Positions 32,258 through 44,865 of a stretch of DNA of 64,000 nt are shown piece after piece. The translations under genes and the position numbers were made by a program. A model generated the notes under the pieces. The model was not told the origin of the DNA, did not search any database, and saw only the letters and a list, made by a program, of their open reading frames with translations. The stretch spans positions 992,001 through 1,056,000 of the forward strand of contig ML996688.1 in the NCBI GenBank assembly GCA_010356995.1, written 5' to 3'. Source of the DNA: Trichodelitschia bisporula (lineage: Eukaryota). Numbering within the stretch: the stretch's first letter is position 1; each line of letters begins with the position of its first letter.

Positions 32258-33546
32258 GACGAGATGGTGGTTGGATGCGAGAGGGTGGATTGTCGGGGAA
32301 CTTGACGATGAGGCTCAGTCAAGGTTGCGGGGAGGAGAGGGGGAGTTGCTCGGAGCTGGACGATTGGCGGCAAGGCTGACAGTCAGTGGATGCCTGCTGC
32401 TTGGCGCGACCGGAGACACTCTGCTGCTGTGTCTAGAACTAGCTGTGAGGAAGAAACCAGGCAATCATCGAAGGTAATAGAGGATGTAGTAATTTGCTAG
32501 ATAGTGATAGAGGTGCTCTAGTAGGTGAATCTCGAGCCGCACGTGCGATGTCGGAGGAACGGAGAAGGTTGTAGAGAAGGAGGACGATGGAGAAGCAGAG
32601 GAACGGAGAGTGGGAGACGAGGAGGAACAAGAGAAGGAGGTGAATACTTGACTACGCCGAGCCATCAGCTATTGTTGCATTGAAGATGGTGAGTCTCCAT
32701 TATTACGTCTGTTCTCTTGGGTAAGGGGTTGGGACAAGCAAAAGGCAATCGTGACCCCACCGGGCGAGAGGCATCTGTGGCGTCGCGGGGTCAGCCTGGA
32801 ACTTGAGAGGGGAAGGTGGGGCTGATTCTGTTCCCAGAAGGGTTTAGGCTCTGAGGTGATCGCGTCGCCCGCGACTTCACCACCCGTCAAGCTTTATCCT
32901 CTCCATCACCTTGTCTCTGTGCCTCTGTTCATGAACCCTCGTGCAATGCCATAAAACAGGAGCCTAATAGGGTGCTTCATTGTCAGGTATCCCGATAACG
33001 CACTCAAGACCTGTCCATCAATCTCTAGTTTTAGGCCTAAACACGTTAAGCAACTTTCAACTGCTTCGCAGTCTCACGAACTTCAACCTACCAACAAGAA
33101 CCCAAAACGCGCATTAACTATGGTCTCCCTCTCTCCTACATCCCTCTTGTAGCTCGCACTAACCTTCTAGAAGCCAGACGTCCCTCACAAGCCCCCATTT
33201 TCCCACCACTCCCCTCCAGCCCTCAATCTGACGCCCCCCCCTGCCCGTTCATCAACCCTCCATCTGCCATGGCAGACAACCTCCGTAGTGCGCTCAATGC
33301 ACATCCCCACGAGGCCCGCGGGCTAGCTCGATGGAGCGAGGCGACGCGGGGCTGTCTCTATCGGGATATACACGGCGGGAGCAATTAATCCCGAAAAAAA
33401 TGCCCCGTATATCTATTGCCGTCGGTCGTCATCGCACTCTCGGATTCAACCTCACTCCTTTCCCTATTACCACTGGTCGTGGTCACACTCTCTGATCCGA
33501 CCTCACACACTTTCCCTACAGCTAAGGCCTTGAAGCTACCAGCACA

Positions 33547-34614
33547 ATGGGCGTCCGCTCCTTCCTCGTCCTCGCGCTCGCCTCTGCGGCGTTCGCAGCC
33601 CCGCTCTCGCTCACAGCTAATGAGGAGGATAGCGCCGCGGCGGGCAAATTCCAGTTCTTCGGCATCAACGAGAGTGGCCCCGAGTTTGGTGAGAAGAAGT
33701 TCCCTGGGATCAAGAACAAGGATGTATGTGGCTTTGACTGAGAAAGCAGAGCAGAGCAGAGCTGATGGACGCAGTACGTATGGCCAGAGCTGAGCACCAT
33801 CGACACCTTCCTCAAGAAAGGCATGAACACAATCCGCGTCAACTTCCTAATGGAGCGTCTGGTGCCCAACCAGCTCACGGGCAAAATGGACGAAGTCTAC
33901 CTCAAAGACCTCAAAACCACCGTCGACTACATAACCCGCAAAAACGCCTACGCAATGATAGTCCCCCACAACTACGGGCGCTACTACGAAAAAATCATCA
34001 CCTCCCCCTCCGACTTCGAAACCTACTGGCGCACCACCGCCACGCCCTTCAAGGGAGACGACAAAGTAATCTTCGACACCAACAACGAATACCACGACAT
34101 GGACCAATCCCTCGTACAACAACTCAACCAAGCCGCGATCAATGGCATCCGGGCCGCGGGCGCAAATACGCAGTACATAAATGCGGAGGGGAATTCGTGG
34201 AGTGGCGCGTGGACGTGGGTGTCCAGCGGGAATGGCGCTAGTCTGGTGAGCTTGCGCGATCCGGCGAATAAACTCATGTACCAGATGCACCAGTATCTGG
34301 ACCAAGACGGCAGTGGGTCACACGCCGAGTGCGTGAGCAGCACCATCGGAGTCGAGCGCCTCAAGGCGGCCACGGCGTGGCTGAAGCAGAACAAGAAAAT
34401 GGGCGTGTTGGGCGAGTTTGCCGGGGGTGATAACCCGCAGTGCAAGACTGCGGTCAAGGGGATGCTGGAGTATATGAAGCAGAATAGCGATGTGTGGAAG
34501 GGGGCGATTTGGTGGGCTGCTGGGCCGTGGTGGGCGGATTATATGTTCAGCCTTGAGCCGGGGAAGGGGAAGGCTGTTGGGCCGTATTTGGATTTGATCA
34601 GTTCGTATGCGTAG
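33547..34614 (+). CDS. Secreted GH5 endo-beta-1,4-glucanase (GH5_5-like, no CBM1). Exons 33547-33723 and 33775-34614
   Basis: Signal peptide, FGINESGPEFG, PHNYGRY, FDTNNEYHD (acid/base Glu), MHQYLD, LGEF (nucleophile) and WWAAGPWW. Confidence 0.95.
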
Positions 34615-34930
34615 GGTGTGGTGGGTTAGGGGAATGAATGGTTGTGGGGGTTCGTGAAAGCTTCATTTCTTGCTTCTGACGGTGGTCGTCTCCTGCTAGA
34701 GACACCGACTCAATGATGCCCGCTAATATACAGCGCCGAAAACACAGGTAAAGTCCTCCTAATCGTGCAAAAAAAGGTATGAAGCACAACTGTAAAAGTC
34801 ATAAGCGCGCCATCCAAAAGCAAGGACAAAAACACCGCCCTTCCAGCCTGCCCAGCCAGCCAGCCGTGTATCATATCAAACCCAAAAGTATCGTATCATC
34901 ATCCGTCCACAAACGCCCATAGACCCCCCA

Positions 34931-37624
34931 TTACTTATCTGCAAAAACAATCGGCACACCAATACTCTTCCTCAGCTCCTCGCGGCGCTTATCCCTCCTC
35001 TTCTCCCTGATATGCTTCCTCAACCCACCGACACCCACATACTCCACCCTAACGCCAAACGCATGCCACACGCGTGCCGCACGGCTTTCCCCGCTCTCGC
35101 GCCGCTCCTTGCGCAGCTTACGCAGCTGCTTCGGACTCGGGCTCTCCCCAACGGACCGCGGCTCATCCGCCATGACGTCGAGCGTACCGGACTTGCGCGC
35201 CGCGCCATTCGCCATAATCCCCTCCCCAGCACCACTCAGACTCCCACTCCCACTCGCCCTCCTCCTCACCACCTGCCCACCCCGAATAATCCTCCTTCCA
35301 ACAGGCAAATTAACAAAATGTTTCTTCCCTAAACTCCCCACCCTCTCAATCCCTAACGAATTCCCAATCAAAAAGCCCCCACTCCTCTGCAGGACCCTCT
35401 TCAAGCTCCCCACCCGTCCCAAGTCAACCTCACTCGTATCCCCCCCAGGCGGCAAGCGCGCCCCACCCAGCCGCGCAAACTCCTCATCCGCAACCTCCTC
35501 CTCGACCTCCTCGTCGTCCTCGACCTGCGCCCAGAAGCGCTGCGGGTGCCAGAAGGGATGCAAGTTCCCGTGCCTATCCTGTTCGCGGCGCCGCGCGGCG
35601 TAGGACGAGCCCGCCATAGTACTCTCCCAGTGCTGGGGCGGTCGGAGGAGGGACTCGGAGTAGCGCCTTGCCTTCGCAGCGAGCGATTCGCGGCGCTGCA
35701 GTGTAGGACGGGGGGCGGGCGACGAGTGACGGGAAGGCGGGCGCACGGCGTCCAGCGGGCTCTCCTTGACTTCGTCGTTGGGAGTCGCGGGGTGGATGTT
35801 GATAGCCGGAGGAACGAGGAGGGCGGGGGGCTCAGGGGGGGTGCGCGGGTGCTTGAGCGGGGAGTCGAAGGCGGGCGGTGAGGAGACGCGGCGCTGGAGC
35901 TGCTGCGTGGGGGTGCCGGGGATGGTGGGAAGGGAGGTGCGCAGCGACTCGGCTGGCGCGGAGGTGTCGGTTGAGATGGTGACGGCGCCGGTGAGGCTGT
36001 GGCGCCGGCTGCCAGTTGCGCTGGCGATTTGCTGCACGACGAGGAGGCTGCGGTTGGTGTGCGGGAAGATGCTGATGGCGGTCGCTTCGCTGACGATGCC
36101 CTCGCTCACCACGCCTTCGGAAAAGACGGACAGTGGGGAGGTCTGCGCAAAGACGTGCCGCGCTACCGCGTGCTCTTCCCCTAACGTGCCAGGGGCGGCG
36201 GAGCGGAAGGTTGAGTAGGAGATTATGCTGCGGCGGTCGGAGAGTTCGAGACTGGGGTGGTCGGAGACGAGAGAGGCGCGAATATTGGGGTTAGGTTGGC
36301 TGGGCTCTGGGGTGTGCAGAGCGATGGAGGGGATGATAGACTGTTCGGGGACAGCAGGGAGGGGTTTGTCGAGGTTGGATGCCGTGGACTCTCGCTTCGC
36401 GCCAGCTTTGGCGTCCGCTGTGATGTCCAGAACTTCGCCAGCGGGCAAGCTCATAACCCGCTCCAGCGCCTTCTGTGTCGCAGCGCGCGTGGGGTCGTGG
36501 AAGCGGTGCGTCGTGTGGCGCATCGAGTACTTGGGTGACGTAGGCAGAAGGGCGCCGGCAGACGAATCGCTCGAGTCTGAAATGCGCTTCTCGCGCTTCT
36601 CGTTGAGACCCAGCGGGACAGGAACGGGCCGCGACCGAGCGAGATCCAGCGGGAGCGACACGGCGCGTAGCCCCGACTGTCGCGATAGCCCCAGGGCCTC
36701 GGACCTCAGGGACGGACTATCCTTTTGATGCTTGAGAACACGAGCAGCCGATGGCGACTTGGTGCGGAACTCCGCAGCATGGCTACTGGTGTCGAAAGTG
36801 GAAGCGCCTAGGCGGACGCCGCCCACGGGTGAAGAACTAGTTGAGGAGTTGCTACGGAGCGAAAGATTCTTGCTGACATGGCGCAAAGTCCGCTGGCGCT
36901 GCGGCGGCGTGGAGATGACGACGGCTTCGATGATGGTGGATGACGTCGACATAGCCGAATGACGGCGGGAGTCCGACTCCATGTCGTAAGGACGGTCAGT
37001 GCGACTCGACCACCTCGACGGCGAATAGCCGGTAGGAATTTCCGTTGCGCTGCTCGACGTCGGCGTCGAGGGAGGGTTCGCCTGTCTCGCGGGAGTTTCC
37101 GCATGCTTCCTGTCTCTCTTGCGACGCACTGTCACATTCCGCATCAAGTTTGTGTCCCATTCACGGTTTGGAATGCCATCGACCCACGAGGCTGTTGGAG
37201 TTATGTCCGCGTCGTCGCGTTCGAACTCGAGACCCAACCCGGGGTCGTCGGTGATGTCTAGTGATGCGCGATTGCGACTAGGCTGGTCGCCGTCCGACGA
37301 AGCTTCTTCCCGTGCCGTCTGGAAAGATTGCGACAAGGACGCAGGCGGCGTAGTATCCGGAGTGGGTGGCGACCGCTGCTGCTGCACTTGAATCGGCGTG
37401 TTGCCCGACGACTTGTGAGGTGAGCGCATTTCGCCGTCGCGCGTGTTCGATGGAGGAGTGGGTGGAAGGGAAGCATCGCGGTCAGCGCTGTTAGCGAGAA
37501 AGGGGGAGAGCGCTGGCAGTGCTGGAGGTTGCACGGCGCCTGGGGATGCAGCGACAGGTCCGTGTCGCGGCAGGGCCTTGTGCGATCGAAAATTCGGAGC
37601 GGTTCTGAGGTCGGCGGCCGGCAT
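34931..37624 (-). CDS. Large Ser/Pro/Arg-rich hypothetical protein (~897 aa)
   Basis: Uninterrupted ORF with conserved-looking islands (REWDTNLMRNVTVRR, SEATAISIFPHTNRSLLVVQQ, LHPFWHPQRFW, GGFLIGNSLG). The track start at 37696 is TTG; the first ATG is 37624. Confidence 0.8.
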   Translation of the reverse strand: MPAADLRTAPNFRSHKALPRHGPVAASPGAVQPPALPALSPFLANSADRDASLPPTPPSNTRDGEMRSPHKSSGNTPIQVQQQRSPPTPDTTPPASLSQSFQTAREEASSDGDQPSRNRASLDITDDPGLGLEFERDDADITPTASWVDGIPNREWDTNLMRNVTVRRKRDRKHAETPARQANPPSTPTSSSATEIPTGYSPSRWSSRTDRPYDMESDSRRHSAMSTSSTIIEAVVISTPPQRQRTLRHVSKNLSLRSNSSTSSSPVGGVRLGASTFDTSSHAAEFRTKSPSAARVLKHQKDSPSLRSEALGLSRQSGLRAVSLPLDLARSRPVPVPLGLNEKREKRISDSSDSSAGALLPTSPKYSMRHTTHRFHDPTRAATQKALERVMSLPAGEVLDITADAKAGAKRESTASNLDKPLPAVPEQSIIPSIALHTPEPSQPNPNIRASLVSDHPSLELSDRRSIISYSTFRSAAPGTLGEEHAVARHVFAQTSPLSVFSEGVVSEGIVSEATAISIFPHTNRSLLVVQQIASATGSRRHSLTGAVTISTDTSAPAESLRTSLPTIPGTPTQQLQRRVSSPPAFDSPLKHPRTPPEPPALLVPPAINIHPATPNDEVKESPLDAVRPPSRHSSPAPRPTLQRRESLAAKARRYSESLLRPPQHWESTMAGSSYAARRREQDRHGNLHPFWHPQRFWAQVEDDEEVEEEVADEEFARLGGARLPPGGDTSEVDLGRVGSLKRVLQRSGGFLIGNSLGIERVGSLGKKHFVNLPVGRRIIRGGQVVRRRASGSGSLSGAGEGIMANGAARKSGTLDVMADEPRSVGESPSPKQLRKLRKERRESGESRAARVWHAFGVRVEYVGVGGLRKHIREKRRDKRREELRKSIGVPIVFADK

Positions 37625-37973
37625 GATGGCTACTGGGCTAAAGGGGAGTGGTGGTGATGGGTGGTGGTCACAGAGCTTGCTGGGCCCTTGACGCAACCTT
37701 GATTGCGCATGGGCACCGGCAGTGGATGCGAGGGAGTGAGTGAGTGAAGTTGAGCGAGAGTGGGTGGCGAGAGAGGGATGGTGTGTATGCGGCTCTTGGT
37801 TTTGGGTTTAAAGGAGGATGAGGGTTGACGACACGATGAGCAGCTTTGGATGGGGACTTGGAAGGCCAATGGAAGCAAAAGAGGAACGGAGGGAGATGAG
37901 AGGTTGAGAGTGCTGATTCTGCGACGGGTGTGCAGCTACGTCGTGTGGGACTGGCTGGGGGGTTTGGGGGCTG

Positions 37974-38213
37974 NNNNNNNNNNNNNNNNNNNNNNNNNNN
38001 NNNNNNNNNNNNNNNNNNNNNNNNNNNNNNNNNNNNNNNNNNNNNNNNNNNNNNNNNNNNNNNNNNNNNNNNNNNNNNNNNNNNNNNNNNNNNNNNNNNN
38101 NNNNNNNNNNNNNNNNNNNNNNNNNNNNNNNNNNNNNNNNNNNNNNNNNNNNNNNNNNNNNNNNNNNNNNNNNNNNNNNNNNNNNNNNNNNNNNNNNNNN
38201 NNNNNNNNNNNNN
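37974..38213. other. Assembly gap (240 N)
   Basis: Run of N. Confidence 1.
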
Positions 38214-38363
38214 GACGGGAAGTTGGTGTGGGCGCGTCCTTGCGTTTGACTGGGTGGGAAGGGGACGAGCCAGCTGGAAGGGGAGAGACGGAAGTGACTG
38301 GGATGTTGAAGAGGAAGAAGAGACTCTCAGGTGACGAAGGAGGCGGCCGTCAACTTGGCGCTC

Positions 38364-38394
<31 letters not shown>

Positions 38395-38450
38395 GGAGTT
38401 GGAGTTGGTGAGGGTGAGGGTGAGGGTGAGGGGTGTCTTTGGGGGGGGGG
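38364..38450. repeat. Microsatellites (GA)n, (GAGTTG)n, (GAGGGT)n and poly-G
   Basis: Directly visible. Confidence 0.95.
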
Positions 38451-38852
38451 GAGGACGATGTGAGAGACAGAGAGAGGCGAACGGCAGAGAAGTGAGGGGA
38501 AGAAGCTGAACTGCTTGAGGGCCGCGTAGGGCAGACCTCATAGGGCTCATCATTTGCTACTTCACCAACGCCCATTCCTGCGACCCAACTCATGCTTCCT
38601 TTCCCGTTCGACGCAACGTTGACAGTGTTGCTTAGCGCTGAGATGCTGTAGAGTAGCGCCGTTGCATGTTGGTTCCCTGTGCAGCGGGAGTGAAGTGGTG
38701 AAGAGGGGTGGATTGATGCATATCTGGTTGCCGAGTACAACCCACAGCGGTAGCATTTGCCCCCTCTCTTCTTTGCTGCCGTGGGAGCATCGGTGATCGG
38801 ATTGCCGCCACTCCATTCGGCGATGTCGGTCTCTTCTTTCTTCCGTACCATG

Positions 38853-38854
<2 letters not shown>

Positions 38855-38922
<68 letters not shown>

Positions 38923-39045
38923 TACGGTACACTCTCTCGTGGTCGTTGGTGTGTCGTCCGTCGTCTGTCTGCAACCCCTCTCTTCCCCTCTCTTCCCCTC
39001 TCTTCCCCTCTCTTCCCCTCTCTTCCCCTCTCCTCCCCTCTCCCC
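38855..39045. repeat. (CT)n microsatellite followed by a 10-bp (TCTTCCCCTC)n tandem repeat
   Basis: Directly visible at 38855-38921 and ~38976-39045. Confidence 0.95.
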
Positions 39046-39687
39046 ACATGTCGTCCTTGCTCATCTCTGGACCCTACCACGCACACCTTCCACGCAACAG
39101 TACCCCACTTAGCGATAATGCCGGCTAATTTGCCGTCATTCGCACGATAAGGCGCGTGTCTAAAAAGACGGCAAAAGATTAAGTTGCATCTGATGCAAAT
39201 GTCAGGCATGAAAAGGCAGACAGTCCACTACTTGCGGCGCAGCCAGCCACTCGGCAGCGCCTAGTCCTGCCGAGTGATTAGTGCGCGCGCGCAAGCGGAA
39301 GGGACAAGCTTGTGTTCTGGCGCGTCGGAGATGTATGGGGGACATTTTGAAGCTTTTCCCTTAGCAAACAGGGCTGGTTAATGGCCTGGCACTGTACCCT
39401 GCCGTTTGTTCGTAGCGACAGCGGCAACCTAACAGCGCAAACCGTCTCCGCATGTGAAAGTGAGGGAGAATCAAGCATATTTCGCTGATAAATGGCAGGA
39501 AGGCTGGGCATGTATCAAGAGAGCCAGGCCCATCACCGAGGCGAAATCCAGACTGTCAAGTAAAGAAAAAAGGCACACTCGCTCTTGCCCGTTTCAGCTG
39601 AGGGGCCGCGGAGGAGGGCGTGCACGGACTTGGGGTGACCTGGACCGGTGGGGGGGCACTGGGGGAAAGGGTGGCCTAAGCGCAGAT

Positions 39688-39780
39688 GGAGAGAGGCGAG
39701 GGAAGAGAGAGAGAGAGGGGGGGGGGGCAGAGAGGGAGAGAGAGGAGAGAGAGGCGAGAGAGGGAGAGAGAGGGAGAGAT
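39688..39780. repeat. Polypurine GA-rich low-complexity tract
   Basis: Directly visible. Confidence 0.85.
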
Positions 39781-40305
39781 GACATGAGGATTGAGTGTAC
39801 GAGCAATGAGTTAGTAACAGTAATAAAAGCGTCGATAGAAGACAGTACAAAGTGTCAAATAAGAAGAGAAGAAACGAGCAATCCTCCATCACAGAGAGAG
39901 CAGGCGCGAGTGACAAGTGACAAGCGTGGCCGATCGAAAAGTGACAACCTCGAATCTGCTCCACCAACACTCTCCCCCTCCCTCACCCTAGGCTTGCTCA
40001 CCTACTCCCTTGCTCCCTCACTGCTTCCTCATTCCCTAAACCTCTTCTCTACAAACTCCACCCCGCCCGATTCCCCATCATCACCACGTACAACTTCACC
40101 TCCAATTGCACTGTAGGCCTGCACCCATTGGATTCCATCCCCAGAATCACAATCCCCCTCTTTCGTAGTCACTTCTATTTCCCCCAGAATCCCCCGCATC
40201 CTCCTCCGCATCCTCCTCCGCATCCCCGCCTGCGCATGGCCCAGCCACCGGCTACAACTACCGCGCACTCGCACTCGCTCCGCCCGCTGACCGTAGCAAT
40301 ACAGC

Positions 40306-43300
40306 ATGTCCAAGTTCCTCAGCAAAGGCAAGGACCGATGGAGGTCGAAGCCCGCTGCCACCCCGCAGGAAGCGCCCAATTTCCAGCTTAACGACGATGT
40401 CGTCGATTTCCTCAAGCCTTCCACCCAGCGCGTGCAGCCAGTATCGCCCAAGATCCCTAAAGCGCCGCGGATAGACATCGGTGCTGCGCAGCGCTGGGCG
40501 GCGGATGCGTCCAACATCGCGGTTACAACCCCAAGCTCGTTTGTGAAGAAGGACCGGCCGCGTCGCGCACTCGGACTACAGGTTGCGTTTGCCGTTACAG
40601 TACCTGAAATCATCGGCGAGGGCGGCGAAGAGGCAGAAGATCCGTGCATCGAGATATCGCGCCGCAAGAGGGAACGCAACTTGCCCGCTGCCGTCGCCCA
40701 GGACCCCGCCCTCGATCCAGCTAACCGAGTTTCGCCAGGGCGTCTCCGTGCTGGGACCAGTTTTGAGCGTCCTAACATCCCTCTGGAAGGCGTCAGTACT
40801 GCTTCTGCTGCTCCTGCTGGTCACCCTGGGCCTCCGCATCAGTACCCCGCTGGCGAGGGGCCAGTGGATGACAGTCGCCGCCAATTGGCCGGAGGGAATG
40901 CTCGTCCACGAAGCAGTGAAACTGATCACGGGGAGAAGGTTTTTAGGCCGCGGCCGCTTTCCAGAGCACCCACGGCTTACAATAACAATCCCCACCTGAT
41001 AGACCCGGACGACCCGGACTACGCTGAACCAGACAGCGCTGCTCCAAGCTCGGCAAGCAGCACCATGATGCACCCAAGCTTTCCCCCGCCCAGCGCTTCA
41101 TATCAGGATGCTAGTCCCATGGGCACATCTCCCAAGGAGTTTGAGTCCCGCCACAGTCCCTCCTACGGCTCGCACAGCCGAGAACCCAGCCTGCGGCAAA
41201 AGATCCATAAGATGCGCGCCGAGGAGGGCAAGGTGCTGCATCAGGCGTTGAGCAACAATAACCCCTTCGCGGATCCAGACGAGCCTACAAATGCTCGTCA
41301 CTCCACGTCCACGCTGGAATCTCCTCCCGACGCAACCTCAGGTTTCGAAGTTGAGAAACAGCAGGGTCAGAGACGGCCCCCACAAAGCACCGCGCATTCT
41401 TTCCACTCTCAGCTGGCCACACCGTCCCCAAACAGCTTTCCCACTCCAGACATACAGCCCCAAAAAGTGCTTCCTCTGAGAAAGCCAGAGCCTTCTCCAC
41501 TGCACCTTACCGGACAATCTCTGCTCCAAGGCCAGACACCATCGCAGCGTCCTTCTCCGTCTCCGTTGGCCATTCCCCCAAATAATCAGGGTTATTTTTA
41601 CACCCAGCACTCGGAGCACGGACAGCCATCCCCGAAGCCTCCACAGCGCTACGAGCCGTACACACCCTCCTCTGCGGAACAGTCTTCCACGCTTCCCACG
41701 CCCCGGTACGAATCGTACAATCCCCCATCCGCGTCCTCCATCCAGCAGCCTTTCAAACCTCCCACCTCCGCGAAGCCTGTATCTACTTCCCAACCGGCAC
41801 CTCCATCAGCCTCTCAAGCCGCACTCGCCGATTTCGCCGACCGTTGTGAACACATGCGTGGCATTTTCCGCCTCCAGTCCGAGTTCGAGCGCCCATCTGG
41901 AGAAGTTACGCCCATGACATGGATCCGTGCCGCGGTGTGGTGGTTCCTGAAGGGTCGTTCCGGCATGGAGGCTATCATTCGGCGCCGTCCTCGCGGGGAC
42001 GATGGTAGACCGAGCATGGACTCGGATCGTGGTTCTACGAGCGAACAGCTTCTGTGCCAACCGCATGTTGATCTAGCCAAGGCGTGGTGGATCCTCGTCG
42101 AGGTGCTTCCGGGACTCAAGGAGCTGGGCGGGCGTGGTGATTACGATGAGAGCGTTCTTGACCCGAGGTTTGCGGAGCGGTGCCAGCGGGAGCGTGACGT
42201 CGGCAACGGCGAGGTTGCGGAGGTGTTCGAAACCGCAGATCTGCTCATCGGATGGTTGAGGGTGCTTCTTGCTTCGATGAGTCGCAACCGGGTTATGCCG
42301 CCATCGCACGCCCTTATCCAAGGCCAAGACCAAACAATCTGGGTTCGCCACGAAACCCTCAGTCCCGAACTAGCCCACATCCTCTCCGGCCGCGGCCCAG
42401 CAAACGGCACAACTCGTAAACCAAACCCGCTCTCCCTCATGGCCGTAGCCGACACAAAGGCCGACTTCGCCTACAACCGGATCTTCGTCAAAGCCGCGGT
42501 GGGCCGCGAATCCAACCCGGCTGAATCCCTCTCCCTCCCCGTCCTTGTCTCCATAATGCGAGTCAGAAACGAGTGGCATCCGAAGCTGACAGTCTGCACC
42601 CAAAAACCCGCCCTCTCCATCGTTGTCACGGGCGAGCGCCGCTTGGGCCCTAGCTGGGAAGATGTTCGCTGGAACGAAGCTACTTGCGCGCTGCACATTT
42701 CCATCCCGGCGGGGTACCTCCTCGTGCTCCAGCTTGCTGAGCCTGAGTTCCGCCAGCTGTGGAGTGTGTATAATCACTCCTACCGCGTACAGGCTAGCCT
42801 CCTCCCTCGCGCGGGCGAGACGTGCGTAGCCGAAGTGTCGCTGCGGGAAGCGAAATTCACGCCTGCCGACCCGCGCCGCACGGCGGATTTTCCGACTGAG
42901 CGGGTTAAGCGCGTGCGGGTGCGTGTTTTTCGGAGGGTGCTGATGGATCAGGAGCGCGAGCAGGCGGATCGGCGGCGGGATGCCTTTCACAGCTTTCGCT
43001 TTCTTGCGGTTGTTAGTCCGAAGAATCGGGTGCTGGGAAGCGTGTCCTGGGAACTCGGTCGCGGAAAAGCAATTGTTCTAGAAACAGTCGCGGAGATGGG
43101 ATCTGAGGGCCCCGTGCGTAGGCTGGATGTCCGCGATGAAGGGAGTCTGCTTATGGTTTTCGCGGACCGGACGGACGTCGAGAGTCTCGTGGCCGCGCTT
43201 ATCGAAACCCCCCTCGCGAACGACGAAACCCGGTACGCGAACGTCAACCTCCGCTCTTTCGAGCTCCTCGCCGAAAACGGCAGCGACATCGCCGGCACCG

Positions 43301-44280
43301 ACGCCCTCCGGCGCCTCCGCTGGACAAGCGCGGAGGTATTAAACAAAGACCCCGAGAACCCAGACATGGACGTCGGATCCACAGTCCTAAGCAACCGGCT
43401 ACGCGTCGTGCTCCGCGCCGCAAGCGACGGCGTCACCGTCACCGACCGAATCAACGAGCGTAAGCCCCCCCCCTCAAACAACTAGTCATGACGCGGAATA
43501 ACTGCTAATGGATTTGATAGCGCCTGGTGGTCTCTCCCTCCGCGCCGCCCCCTCAGGCGAACACGCATTGACACTGCTCCGCCCCCCACAATCCGACCTC
43601 ACGGTCCTGGTCGATCCGTGTCCGTCGTCTGGCCTGCCCGCGCAGGTTGCGACTAGCCTTGTGCAAGCCGCGCTGCAGGAGGCCACGCAGCGGAGCTATG
43701 CTTTTGCGAATCTGGTAGACATGCACGCCTTCCAGTCCGCGGTCACGGGGTACAGCGTGTTGTACGACAGCACCGTGCGCAGCTTCGGGGCCACGCGCCG
43801 GCGTTCAGCCGGTTTAGGGGGGCGGAAGAAAGTCGTCGAGGCTGCGCGGGCGCGCGTGCAAGTCTTTGGTGAGAACGGGGCGCGGGGGAGTGTTGTCGTT
43901 GTCGCTTTCTGCGACGGGTGGGCGCTGGGCGAGAGCGTGGCCTTCGTCGTGCGGTCTGGGGACACGTGCGAGCGCGTGGATGGCAAGGACAAGGGATGTG
44001 GGGTGCGCCTGCTGGAGGCGAAGTTTGGGATTAGGGAGGGAGGGGGGGGGGCGTTTGTTTGCCTTGATGTGCTGGAGTATCCGGGGGAGTGTGAGGATTT
44101 GTGGCTTGGGTTTGAGGGGGATGGCGGTGAGTGCTCTCGAGAGGATGCATGTGATGGTGGGGATGGTGGCTAATGTGTTGTGTTCTTGCAGAGCGAGACC
44201 GGTTCCTTGATGCGCTCCCCTGCGCAGCGACGACGGCGCAGCCGGTGAGTAGGGGGATGACGCTGCGGCGGAAGGGCTAG
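40306..44280 (+). CDS. Large hypothetical protein (~1280 aa) with a disordered N-half and globular C-terminal domains. Exons 40306-43459, 43521-44126, 44192-44280
   Basis: The 1059-aa ORF joins the downstream ORF in frame through canonical introns (GTAAGC...CTAAT...TAG and GTGAGT...CTAAT...CAG). Confidence 0.8.
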
Positions 44281-44865
44281 TCCCTCTTTACGACAACTGC
44301 ACACGAAAAACACGATGACGGGTTACGGAAGCACGAATATGGTTTTTAGGGATGTGGTGGACGAAGCGAGCGAGCGAGCGTGTGTTTTCTTTTTTCTCAA
44401 GCTGGTACGAAAGGCGCCTCAATCGGGTGGCTATGGACTTTCTTGAGATTGTGGATGCTGGGTAAACACGTGGGGACCATAGGGATGGACGAATTGATGC
44501 GCGGCGTTAGGGGGCCGGGATGGAATGGTGTGGATTCGGAATGCGCGGTGTTATGCAAGCGAAACAGTATGGTGTTCAGTCGGTTAGGTAGAATTCGATA
44601 CGTTGCTTCCTGTGGCTGCGTATTTGTTGCGTCGTGATTTTCCTGGAATGGAGGGAAAGGAGGTTGATATCGAATCACACCTTCCGATGACGGGTTACCT
44701 GTCTCATTCAAGAACCCCCCTTTCCTCCGCTCTCACTCCACTACTAAACTCCCTCCTCCGAATAGCAGCCCGCACATCAATATATGCCCGGCGTTAAGGA
44801 AGCGGATGAGCTATGCGAAGAGGGAGCTTAATATTGCAACGACTCGTTGACGACGGCCAACTATC

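Noticed and set aside
37850..40116. ORFs of 120-245 aa around the gap
   Set aside because: Artefacts of the N run and stop-free microsatellites (ERER/LSLS translations).
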